Shown here: piece after piece, positions 26,442 to 37,735 of the stretch
How the letters are laid out: every line of letters starts with the position of its first letter
How positions within the stretch are numbered: the stretch's first letter is position 1
DNA from: Iphione sp. A-MEVVRFRX5
Taxonomy: Eukaryota
Reading direction: 5' to 3'
Length of the DNA stretch: 64,000 bases
Assembly: GCA_976226885.1 (NCBI GenBank)
Contig: OZ320315.1
Coordinates: forward strand, 11,594,001-11,658,000
The notes under the pieces: generated by a model
What the model saw: only the letters and a program-made list of their open reading frames with translations
Told to the model about the DNA's origin: nothing
Database searches by the model: none
Translations under genes and position numbers: made by a program

Positions 26442-26661
26442 CTTGTATGGAGGACGTTGTCAGCTCAAGGTCAAGCTGGGCGATAATGAGGAGTCCTCTT
26501 CACTGAAGTGGGATAGTTTCATCTCATTTAGAAGCGATGATCTAGAAGGAGTGTTCAGTGTACACATGTAAGTAAGTGAAGTGTCCGAAGATGTATTTAG
26601 TACATCCACAACGTAGTACACAACACACAAATAATCTCACAAACCAGCACACACACACACA

Positions 26662-26695
<34 letters not shown>

Positions 26696-27557
26696 TTCCT
26701 CTCTCCTTCTCTCAATGCCATCTGTCTCCCTCTCTCTTCCTCACTCCTCCTATCTCTCCTTTTCTCGTGCTCTTTCCGTCTCTCCTTCTCTCGCTTCCTC
26801 CTCCTCCCTTTCTCCTTTCCCCATCCTGACCTTCTCTCTACCTCTCACACACTCACACGCATACACACACACGCCCCTATCCTGGCCAGGTGCCATCGTC
26901 AGCCCACCTCCCCCCCCCCCCAGCCTTCCTTGCCCTCCTCAGGCCGATCCACTATCTCCACCACAGGTCTGTGACAATCGTGTGAGTCAACCCATGACCC
27001 GGGGGTACGCCCAAGTCCCCCCCCCCCACTCTCACTAACCATCCCCCGCAACCCTCACCCAGCACACCTAGAGGAGGAGGGGGGCGGTGGGTGGGGGGGT
27101 CGTAGTTAGGCACCAGTTGCCATGACCATTGCCAAACCACAGACACGAAGAGTCGTTTTAATTTCGCTGATAGAAAACTTAATCCATGCGACTGATATGA
27201 ATAAAAACCGAAGAATTCCTGATGATGAGGAGCATGGGCACCCGGAGAAAAGGGACGCCAAGAAACGCAGGGGAGCAAGGTGATTCCGCTGATTAATCCA
27301 AGACAGTCATTTCGGCATTTTCGGGAGCCACGATTGATTAAAAATGGGCCAGTTAGTGGAAAGAGGAGGAGGAGGAGGAGGAGGAGGAGGAGGAGGTTTG
27401 AGGTAGGTTTCCCTTTGTAGGGAGGTGCTTGGAGAATGTGCTTCACACAGAGATAGTCTGTGAGAGAAGGTACTGGTGATAGAAAGCCTTATCTACTTCA
27501 GTTGTGGGATCCACGCAGGAAGAAGGTGTGGCTGACTGGACACTAAATCATATTCCT

Positions 27558-27596
27558 TCAGTCCCAGAGGTGGTCTCCTAAGCAGGAGTTGACTGT
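27558..27596. mobile_element. Terminal fragment of the 19973 MITE family
   Basis: CATATTCCTTC...CTCCTAAGCAGGAGTTGACTG|TA matches the right end of the 19973-20135 element. Confidence 0.7.
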
Positions 27597-27782
27597 ACTT
27601 GACTGAGGACCTCGTCTTACTATAATCAACTCAGTCTCTGACCAACTCATACCGTTACCAATTCATACTTCATCCGTGTTTGCGATAACCAATTTATACC
27701 CTGATGCATTCATTTCATAACAAAACTCACCTTCTGATGCACTCACACCATAATCATCTCACATGCCAACCGACTCATGCTA

Positions 27783-27817
<35 letters not shown>

Positions 27818-28608
27818 CTAAGCCACATCATACTTTAACTCAAATTCCAACATGGCCGGCCATACCGACATACCGGCTGCTAACAAACACAGGTGATGGC
27901 GGAGAAATGCTCTCTTATTCCATCAAGGCAAGATTTGCTACAAAGCAGGCCAAGACAAAGCAACAAGGTGTTGGATGTTTCTAGAAAATGAGGATTTGTG
28001 GTGGGGTCGGCGCGATCCGCGGGTTGCAGCAGGGGGGATGGGGGAGGGGGTTTCCCCATTCTGCGGCGTATATGATGAAAGTGAGGGTTGGTAGGGGGGG
28101 ATTTCCTCGGACGCGAGCGAATGAGGACTCGGCAGATATGGGCGCCCGAGGCGTGTATGGTGATAGTGACACTGACAGCCCGCAGCAGCTCGTAGTAATG
28201 AAGCCAAGCCGCTCAGCTGGCATTAGGATTGCATGTCCTGCTCACCGCAGGGTCATACCCAACACACAGACATCGGGGAGACAGTTCCTCATCTCAACTC
28301 AACTCAACTTCTTCTATCTGTTCCCTGCTCATCCCATATAAGGAGATCTATTCATCTCACTAGGCATTCTGACTGCATGTCCTATTCACCATAGAGTCAT
28401 ACCCTGCTCACATTGTCAGAGACTTTTTCATCTCAACTCAACTCAGTCTGTGCTAGCTGTTCTTAATTCATCTTAAACAGACTTTTCTTCCCATTCTCTC
28501 ATTCGTACAAGCTGAACCTCTCATTTGGGTCGACATTATGATTGCATGTCGTGCTCACCATACCCTCTCCACCATACCCTCTTCACCATACCATCACCAC
28601 CCCTCGTC

Positions 28609-29405
28609 CTAACTGCTGTTGTATGACCAATAAATCTCATAATATAAACTCCTATTCCACTCACCGGCCTCCCATACAGCTGCCATCTTCTTTCTAACAC
28701 TCTCCTCCTCCACTGTCCCTCATACTTCTACTCCTCCCTAAATCTGTCCTGTCATACCCCCTCTTTCCTAACTACTGGTGTATGATTGATAAACTACCTA
28801 ATATAAACTCACTTTTCACTCACCGGTCCCTCCATACAGCTGCTATCTTCTTTCTAACACTCTCCTCCCCTGCCTTCGCTCATACTTCTACCCCTCCCTA
28901 ACTCTGTCTTGTCATACGTCCCCCTTCCTAACTACTGGTGTATGACTGATAAACCACATAATATAACTCACGTTTCACCCACCGTTCTGCCATACAGCTG
29001 CTCTCTTCTTTCTAACACTCTCCTCCCCCGCCGTCCCTCATACTTCTACTCCTCTCTAAATCTGTCCTGTCATACGTCCTCTTTCCTAACTACTGGTGTA
29101 TGACTGATAAACCACATAATATATACTCACATTTCACTCACCGGTCCCTCCATACAGCTGCTATCTTCTTTCTAACACTCTCCTCCCCCGCCGTCCCTCA
29201 TACTTCTACTCCTCTCTAAATCTGTCCTGTCATACGTCCTCTTTCCTAACTACTGGTGTATGACTGATAAACCACATAATATATACTCACATTTCACTCA
29301 CCGGTCCCTCCATACAGCTGCTATCTTCTTTCTAACACGCTCCTCCCCACCAGTCCCTCATACTTCTCTGCCTCTCATACTTTGTCTCATCATACCCCCT
29401 CCTCA
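28609..29405. repeat. ~159-bp tandem repeat, 5 copies
   Basis: CTAACT(A/G)CTG anchors at 28609, 28768, 28928, 29086 and 29246. The last two copies are nearly identical. Confidence 0.95.
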
Positions 29406-29648
29406 GCCAGTGTTGTATGTCAGATAAACCCTCCGCTTAACCAGCGTTGCTTGAGACACCCTCGGCTGATTACGCCTACACCACGTGGGGAGCGGCGTGC
29501 GCATGCGCGGTGATATCCACTGTAATTTACCTCGATCAATTATCTTCAGTGTTGGGACGCCAGCCTCCTCCCCCCCCCCGCCCTTTTACCCCGCCTCCTT
29601 CTAGCGCCCTGGCAAGCCATCCAAAGTCCTGCCACACCTGCCTCTCCC

Positions 29649-29800
29649 NNNNNNNNNNNNNNNNNNNNNNNNNNNNNNNNNNNNNNNNNNNNNNNNNNNN
29701 NNNNNNNNNNNNNNNNNNNNNNNNNNNNNNNNNNNNNNNNNNNNNNNNNNNNNNNNNNNNNNNNNNNNNNNNNNNNNNNNNNNNNNNNNNNNNNNNNNNN
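29649..29800. other. Assembly gap (152 N)
   Basis: Run of N with CT-rich flanks. Confidence 0.99.
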
Positions 29801-29971
29801 GTCTCCCTACTCCTTCGCACCTTCACTCACTGTGCCTTCCATTTCTCTATATCCTCACCCATACTCTATGTCAAGGGCAGCCTGCTCCTCTGGGTGCTTG
29901 GCTCACACTCCTCATCACTCTAGTGCCCGTCCCCTCCGCCAGGTGTCTCTCCTATCTGTAGTACACACCCT

Positions 29972-31050
29972 ATCTGAGGCTGAGTAGTAATGACACAATC
30001 ACACTCTGTCTGAGGTCGAGTAGTAACGACACAACCACACTCTGTCTGAGGCCAAGTAGTAATGATGCAATCACACCCTCTCTGAGGCCGAGTAGTAATG
30101 ACGCAACCACACTCTGTCTGAGGCCAAGTAGTAATGACACAATTACACTCTGTCTGATCCCGAGTAGTAATGACACAATCACACTCTGTTTGAGCCAGAG
30201 TAGTAATGACACAATCACACTCTGTCTGGGGCTAAATAATGATACAACCACACTCTGTCTGAGGCTAAATAATGACACAATCACACTCTGTCTTAGCCCG
30301 AGTAGTAATGACACAATCACACTCTGTCTGATCCCGAGTAGTAATGACACAATCACACTCTGTCTGAGCCAGAGTAGTAATGACACAATTGCACTCTCTC
30401 TTAGGCAGAGTAGTAATGACACAACCACACTCTGTCTGAGGCTAAATAATGACACAACCACACTCTGTCTGAGGCTAAATAATGACACAATCACACTCTG
30501 TCTGAGCCTGAGTAGTAATGACACAATCACACTCTGTCTGATCCCGAGTTGTAATGACACAATCACACTCTGTCTGAGCCCGAGTAGTAATGATGCAACC
30601 ACACTCTATCCAAGGCTGAGTAGTAATGACGCAATCACACTCTGTCTGAGGCCGAGTAGTAATGACACAATCACACTCTGTCTGAAGCCGAGTAATAATG
30701 ACACAATCACACTCTGTCTAAGGCCAAGTAGTAATAACACGATCACACTCTGTCTAAGGCTGAGTAGTAATGACACAATTACACTCTGTCTGAGGCCGAG
30801 TAGTAATGACACAATCACACTCTGTCTGAAGCCGAGTAATAATGACACAGTCCCACTCTGTCTGAGGCCAAGTAGTAATGATGCAACCACACTCTGTCTG
30901 AGGCTGAGTAGTAATGACGCAATCACACTCTGTCTGAGGCCAAGTAATAATCACACAATCACACTCTGTCCAAGGCCAAGTAATAATGACATAACCACAC
31001 TGTCTGGGGCTGAGTAGTAATAACACAATCACACTCTGTCTGATTCCGAG
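29972..31050. repeat. 36-bp minisatellite, ~30 copies
   Basis: Unit AGTAGTAATGACACAATCACACTCTGTCTGAGGCCG with 33-bp variants. Confidence 0.95.
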
Positions 31051-31472
31051 TTATAATAAAACAATCAATCTTTCCTGGCCTTTTGCTCTCTATTTCATTG
31101 TTTGACAGTATAGATGATTAATTTCCCTCCTGCGTCGCACCAATTTCCAATCACTATGATTTTCTCTTTCTCTTTCCCTTCCTGGTTAATCAGTGCCTCT
31201 CTTCCTCAATATTTTTCTTTCTTATATCTATTCCCATCTCTCCGATAGCTTTCTAGATCTCCCATTTTACCTTACCCCCTCCTTTTGTACGCCTGCATCG
31301 TTTACGTTACACCCCTACTCCCTGCCATTCTACGTACCTGTAAAACGAGCCAAACGTTCTGGTTGCTTAGTTACCATTCCCCCACTCTCTTTCCCCTATG
31401 TTCGGTCTCCAATGCCGCCTCAAACTCTGTCCCAAACTAATGTGCTGCGTTCTCTTACCTCCTCTACCTGTT

Positions 31473-31634
31473 NNNNNNNNNNNNNNNNNNNNNNNNNNNN
31501 NNNNNNNNNNNNNNNNNNNNNNNNNNNNNNNNNNNNNNNNNNNNNNNNNNNNNNNNNNNNNNNNNNNNNNNNNNNNNNNNNNNNNNNNNNNNNNNNNNNN
31601 NNNNNNNNNNNNNNNNNNNNNNNNNNNNNNNNNN
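31473..31634. other. Assembly gap (162 N)
   Basis: Run of N with CT-rich flanks. Confidence 0.99.
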
Positions 31635-31980
31635 ATTTGACATGTTTAATGCTTCCTCCGCCTCTGCATGTTTCTCACCAGTGTCATGCACATGTCTGTT
31701 TTCGCCTCCGCCTGTTGCTATGCACGCTGACCATACTCTATCCCTCCCTCTCCCTCTTTTCATTTCTCTCATTCTCCTGTGTAATGCCGTCCCTCCCCCC
31801 CCCGAACTCTAGAAGTTCCCAATTATTCTATTTTTCGTCATTTCATCTACCTGTTACTGTGCTCTCTCCCTTTCTAACATCTCTCTATCGCTGGGCCTCT
31901 CTCCCACGCTCCCTCCCCCTCCCTACGCCTCCCCCCCTACCACAGCTGTCATTCTCCCTGCCCCTATCTTGTCTACCTTT

Positions 31981-32087
31981 ACGCATGCGCTATGACAGCG
32001 TCCGTGTCACGTGAGAAGACGACCACCTGATACGCCCCCTGTTGCTAGGCTTCCCATTTGCTCCCATCTTTCTATGCCCTCTCCTGG
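31981..32087. promoter_or_regulatory. Small regulatory-like island
   Basis: GCATGCGC (31983), E-box TCACGTGA (32007), and two imperfect minus-oriented CTCF cores (32033-32045, 32075-32087). Confidence 0.35.
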
Positions 32088-33011
32088 TTGATGCAATCGA
32101 AATTAGCTTTCGATGTTATTTCAAAGCTGCCAAAACTGCTTTTGAACGAAAGAATAATATAAACCAATATAATATACATATTTACTTATATTTACCATTG
32201 GTAACATAAAGACATTCATTCATTCACGGTGAGAAATAAAAATGAAATTGAATCTTTGGTGTGTTTTAACGCTAGCACTGTGGTTTTTTCCCCTTCAGGT
32301 CGTCTGTTGTGTTTGATAACAAGACGCTAATCTCTTGCGCATACTCTTTCCGTTTCCTAAATTAATCTCAAAATCTGTGTCCTCCTCATGTTTTATTTTT
32401 ATCTTCAGGATACATGTTTGTTTGATTGTTAAAACATACACTAACTATAGGCGCTTATGGTGAAGGTACCCGGGTATATCCTCATCCATTTAACTCAGCT
32501 GATAACATTTTTTTTTGTCCCAGTTTTTTAAAAATATAACCTCCAGGTGTAGGGGGAACCGGTTCAGCTGCTGTGTTAGGAGAGACCTCACCCTTCAGAG
32601 GAGACATGTTCTGATATACCGGGGACAAGCATCTCTCCCTGATTAGAATCTGACAGACAGCCCCTCTCCACGACCCCCCCCCCTCCCTCTCAATCATCCT
32701 TTTCCCGTGATTACCTGAATTAGGCAGGCTACAACCCTACACTGTACGGAGATATAGCCCCTCCTAGGCAACTCTAGGCCTTCCTTATACACTTCCAATC
32801 TGTGTGTTTGGGACTTCAAGTCCGTTATGTCGTGTATTCCCTAAGCTCTTCTCTGTTGTCACTTCTCTGTATTGTTTCTAAAATAAATCCTCCCCTTAAC
32901 ATCACGTGCCTTCTATTTAGAATTATAATCCGTGTATTCATTCACTTGTCTCTTTATAACCTGTGTATTTACATTACAATCTTTCGATAATCTGTGTATT
33001 CTAGAGAAAAT

Positions 33012-33146
33012 ATGATCATTACATAGTATAATCATTACATAGTATAATCATTAGATAGTATAATTAGTAGACAGTATAATCAGTAGATAGTATAATCATT
33101 AGATAGTATAATTATAGTATAATCATTAGATAGTATAATCATTAGG
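33012..33146. repeat. 16-bp AT-rich tandem repeat, ~8 copies
   Basis: Unit TAGTATAATCATTA(C/G)A. Confidence 0.88.
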
Positions 33147-33890
33147 AAATAAAATTATGATAATTTCATTTAGTATATGGAAGTCCAACGTACAAGCTAC
33201 TCTTACCGTTTACTAGAATAGGAAAATTTATATATATTTCGTTCACTCATATGTCATATAATGCTCAATATTCCTTCTGAGAAAAACATGATGTTGATAA
33301 CAGAGAGAAACAATTTCTTAATGACTGTAAATTTCATTAAATAATAAAAAATCGTAAAATACTAAGAACGACAATTAAACCGTTCGATTAAAATGGGGAC
33401 AGCTGGACCATCGTCCAATAATAATTCATGACCATCATTTCTTCATTAACTAACATTTTGTTTTTTAAAAACGCTTTTATTACAGCCCCAGAGTACCTCA
33501 CTGCAGAATTTCTCTTTACCAATCTTGCAACAAGCCGAAAGGAGTGTTTGTAAAAGGTTCATAAATAACAGTCACTGTACTACTAGAACAATTTAAACAT
33601 CGAGATAAAACAGAGTGAACTATTTCTATATACGTTACTTCTCACCGTGGCTAAAAAAAAGTAACATTGTCAAAACAGAGGGCAATGGAAACAGCGTGGT
33701 GTCTGGCACCTATCACGACGAAACTCGTGCACCCCGTGATTTCATTCGAGGGAAGGGTGTTGGAATGTGATCACCGATGGTGAATGTAAGTGAACTGAAG
33801 AAGGAACAGGGTGATTTATAACGCCGGAAGGGGGAGGGACAAGGTTGGCGTATCGTTCAGGAACAAATGCTCGGTTACCGCGCTACTCAC

Positions 33891-34015
33891 TGTGAACGGC
33901 AAATTGCTCGAGCGACATAGACCGGGGAAAAACAAGAGCGACACAAAATAGTGTGTGAGTGGTTTCAAATTATAGCATTCGGCTTCAAATTGATTGCGAC
34001 TGCTTTGAAGTTCAT
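33891..34015 (-). CDS. Candidate internal exon encoding the C-terminal half of a fibronectin type III-like domain
   Basis: Acceptor CCCTCCTCCTCCTCCGCAG| and donor CACA|GTGAGT bound a 125-nt open exon: (D)ELQSSRNQFEAECYNLKPLTHYFVSLLFFPGLCRSSNLPFT. It carries the FN3 tyrosine-corner signature [NG]L.P.T.Y.V. No HMM was run. Confidence 0.5.
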
Positions 34016-34029
34016 CTGCGGAGGAGGAG

Positions 34030-34170
34030 GAGGGTGCTGCGATGAGCCGGTGGTACCCACCACCACCACCTACCACCACCACCACCACCTACCACCACCA
34101 CCACCACCTACCACCACCATGAGCACCACCACTACCACCTACCACCACCACCACCACGAGCACCACCACT
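34030..34170. repeat. Interrupted (CAC)n trinucleotide repeat
   Basis: CACCAC... with periodic T or GAG interruptions. Confidence 0.9.
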
Positions 34171-34899
34171 ACCGCAGCGGAGAGCAGCTCACTCAGGACC
34201 ACACTGAGATGAGTTGCTCCGGAGAGAAGGAAAGCTCAATGGCGCCGGCCCTCCGAACCCTACTTGATCCGCCCCGGTCCTAACGTTAGGCACATGCTGC
34301 GATTCGTATCTACCTAAACGCCCTTCCATCACGGCCTTCCATAATGAAAAATCTTTATTGCTTTCACTGGCCTACCATAGTCATTGCGACCGGCCTGTAT
34401 GCATTGCCGTTTAATATGCCTGCGCCTTGGTCCCAATTCCCTGCACTACTTACTTACTGCTCCAGGGTCCTTCTCCTCCAGTAGGCAGGAGATGGGGCGG
34501 CTCGCCATGCTAAGCACTCTGTATCTATCAATCTGTGCTGCTATTGACCTAGAGGCTAACAAGGCATTAGGGGCCTGGGTGAACTCAGTCTCAGCAGTGG
34601 GGTTTAGTCATTATGGGAGAGTAGTTAGTGGGGTGGTAAGTATGTGTATAGTTAGCGTGAGTGTTTAGTGTGAGTGGTTACTGTGAGTGGTTAGTATGGG
34701 TGGTTCCCGTAATTCCCTACTGTAACGTGTCTCTTAGGGTCGAATGAGTGATGGTTTGTGAAATAAAGAATGTCCATGCAAAATCGGAGTTCAGTGTTGT
34801 CTGTCTTAACTGCAGTGAGAGACTAACTCTTTATTCAGGAAGTAAGGCCCTTATATCCAAAGTCTGGCCCAAAGGGTGGCCATGTGACATAACCAATCA

Positions 34900-35450
34900 A
34901 CTAAATTTAGCAATAATTAATACCTTTTGATTGCTAATTTATGGTTCCAGTCAGAATTCTTCTGGCTCAAGTAGAGACTTCTGCAGATTGCCACGAGCCC
35001 TGCTAGTTCCAACTCGGGACCCAAGGTTTCAGTTCAACATCTTAACTTAGAGAGATACAGTTCTTAAGTATTGAAAGCCAAATATTCTGGGTTGAGACCT
35101 AAACGCTACACTTCTTTCACCCTATACACATGGAGTACTCTTTATTTTGTTACTTTTACACTATACACATGTAGTATTCTATATATTTAGAACATCTTCC
35201 TTTGTTATCTGGATTGACTTCTATCTCTTTATCGTTCATGCTATGTTTCTAAGCTCTTATTTTCTTTATCACAGTGAACTTTCTTCTTACAGTTAGAATC
35301 CTAAATCTGGCTCCTATTGCTAAAATCTCTTTTCCTCCCTACCTTTTGTGCTGACTTTGATGACATTTCACCCCCTGAGCTCCCCTGCTGTCTCCTAATC
35401 CCTCTCTTCTTCTTTCTATTTTTCTCCGTCTATGGTTCCTGCTTATTTCC
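34900..35450 (-). mobile_element. Decayed LINE fragment (linker to RT start)
   Basis: Minus-strand fragments IQITKEDVLNI, ILKNC and GSWQSAEV occur in the order of 'IT.EEV.K.L', 'LK.C' and 'WK.A.V' of CR1/L2 ORF2. Many stops. Confidence 0.45.
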
Positions 35451-35867
35451 TGCCTATAATAAATCACAGAATGCACTTTATGGTAACCATGGAGACGTTT
35501 CCCCCTAGACAATTCTAACTGCCTCTCCATAGACACCTAACACTGTAACAAGCTAAAGTTGCCATAAAGCCAAATGTCAGCAGGCGATAAAATGTCCGCC
35601 TAGCAACTGCCTGTTCAACTGTAGCTTGCAGGGAGAACTAATGCTACTACGGACAGGCTGCAAGTGTGCTGCCATTTATTTCTTCACTCTATTATATATC
35701 TCTGAACTGCTTCATCGAGTTCCCTCGAGCTCGTCATGATTCTTTAGGTGATTCTCTAAATTGACTGTCAGTCTATGGTGTATCCGCTTGGTAATGAGTG
35801 AACCGCCATAGAAAGAGGCTGGAAGAGCACCTGGAACTGCCTCGGAATCCTTACTCTATGCCCTGCT

Positions 35868-36030
35868 TCTTTACCTGAACCCTGTAATTATTGGTGGTGT
35901 TTTTTGCCTGAACCCTGTAATTATTGGTGGTGTTTTTTGCCTGAAACTTGGAATTATTGGTGGTTCTTTACCTGAAACCTGGAATTATTGGTGGTTCTTT
36001 ACCTGAAACCTGGAATTATTGGTGAACCCT
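35868..36030. repeat. 31-33-bp tandem repeat, 5 copies
   Basis: Unit CCTGAA(A/C)CCTG(T/G)AATTATTGGTGGT(G)TT... Confidence 0.9.
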
Positions 36031-36724
36031 TGAATTCTAGGTGATTCCGTCTTTGTATCCTGTAAATTGTTGATGATTTTTTAAATGTGGCCGAATCCCT
36101 GGTGAATGTCAAGAGCAGCTGTAGGATTGGTAATGCCCCCTACTCCTCCTACCACTAACCTCTCCAGACAGACATGAGCTCCTGTAAGAAGCTGCATTTA
36201 CTCTAAAACCAAGTGTCAGGGGGCTATAAAATATCCATCTCACAACTGCCCGTTCAATTATAACTCACTTATGGCGGGCGCGCATTCCTTTCAGACTCCA
36301 CACCTCCGAGAATGCATAATTTATACGCACTTCTTGCCCAATAAGTGAGCGACAATAGGGGTTGATGTATTATTTAATAGACGCCGCCGGCTGGCCAGGC
36401 TAAAATTCAAAGCGAGGCTGACGCAGCAAATCTCGGCGAATCACGGAGCGAACGTGACTTCCACTTTATCGCTCACGACAGCATATGTAACAGTAGGAGA
36501 ACAGAGAAAAAACGCAACCTCTGCGCGTTGCATGTGGAATGCGGTCACCGCTGGCTGTCCGGGAGCGTTCACGTGGGGGGCTTCTTGTCCTTCTATCAGT
36601 ATATTCTACACGTATCTATGAAATCACATCAGCGTATATGATTACCGCTGGATAGTCAGGGGGAATGTTAATCAGACGTTCAAAAGGGGAAGGAATTACC
36701 AGTTAGGGTGTTTTGTCCTCTCTC

Positions 36725-36731
36725 CCCACCT

Positions 36732-36807
<76 letters not shown>

Positions 36808-36905
36808 CCCTCTCCCCTTTGTCTCCCCCCTCCTCCACTCTCTCCCTTCTCTTCTCTCTCCCCTATCTTTCTTTCCACCCCTCTCTCCATATATATATAT
36901 GTGTG
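36725..36905. repeat. (CTGT)n/(CT)n/(AT)n compound microsatellite
   Basis: Read directly from the sequence. Confidence 0.9.
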
Positions 36906-37669
36906 TGTGCATGTGTTAATCAAATATAGATCTTGAATGTGAAAAAAAGAGAGAAGGAAAAGCAGGTATCAAGTAAACCCACCATTGTTGAAGCCGGATT
37001 TGCTATCTTCTATAATGATAATTGCTACCTTGGTTAACTTCTATTCAGTGGTAGTAATCTCATGGTGGGGGGGGGGTAGAACTATGATTAAAAAGTTTAA
37101 TGAATATTTTAAAAATGTTGCAGGGTGGATTGCGAAGTAAGGTTTACGAACTGTTAGAAGGTGAACTATATTAACGTATATTCTTATATAACCAGTACAA
37201 TGAATAGCCTCTAATACGGGCACTCTTGGTTCTTGCCCAAACTGTCCCTAATTTAGACTTCTTTTAATAATACAGAAAAGACCAGTCGTTTTCTGTAAAA
37301 GTGTCCCTATAAGAGACATGTCCCTACTGGAGACATGCCCGGAAGGCAGCTTTCTACTGTATATTACATGGTAGGCGCGGTCTCTGGAAATGTCCGTCCC
37401 CTCAGCCGCTCACAGACATGTAGAAATAGCCATCATTATACGGTTCAATATATAAAAGTAAAAAAAAAAAATGATCAATTAACACAGGAGGTGTAAAGTG
37501 ACTCGTAAAGTGAGGGAAATGTGAAATTTCTAATTACATGTACATGTACTTTAGATTTATCAAGAAGCGCGAAATGAGAAACGTCGCTTTTTGCAATGGT
37601 GTCCATATCCCGTTACATCAGCACAGAATCGGAAAAAGTAGCAGCCCAGAACTTGATTGGCTAGAACAG

Positions 37670-37735
37670 CACCTGGCACGGATGGTAAAAGTCACCAGCT
37701 AAGCCAAAGGCCCTCGGTTCAATTCCAAGAAGGGA
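37670..37735 (+). mobile_element. tRNA-derived (SINE-head-like) sequence
   Basis: A-box-like TGGCACGGATGGT (37674) and B-box GGTTCAATTCC (37716). There is no acceptor-stem pairing, so it is not a functional tRNA. Confidence 0.55.

Noticed and set aside
33951-34283. Plus-strand His/Pro/Thr ORF starting with WFQ as a homeobox or transcription factor exon
   Set aside because: WFQ is not followed by NRR, and the runs come from a (CAC)n repeat that shifts frame.
16532-35496. RFX X-box-like motifs at 16532, 17534 and 35483
   Set aside because: They are isolated, and two lie in or beside decayed LINE sequence; there is no supporting context.
37670-37735. Functional tRNA gene
   Set aside because: A- and B-boxes are present, but there is no acceptor-stem pairing and the T-stem has a mismatch.
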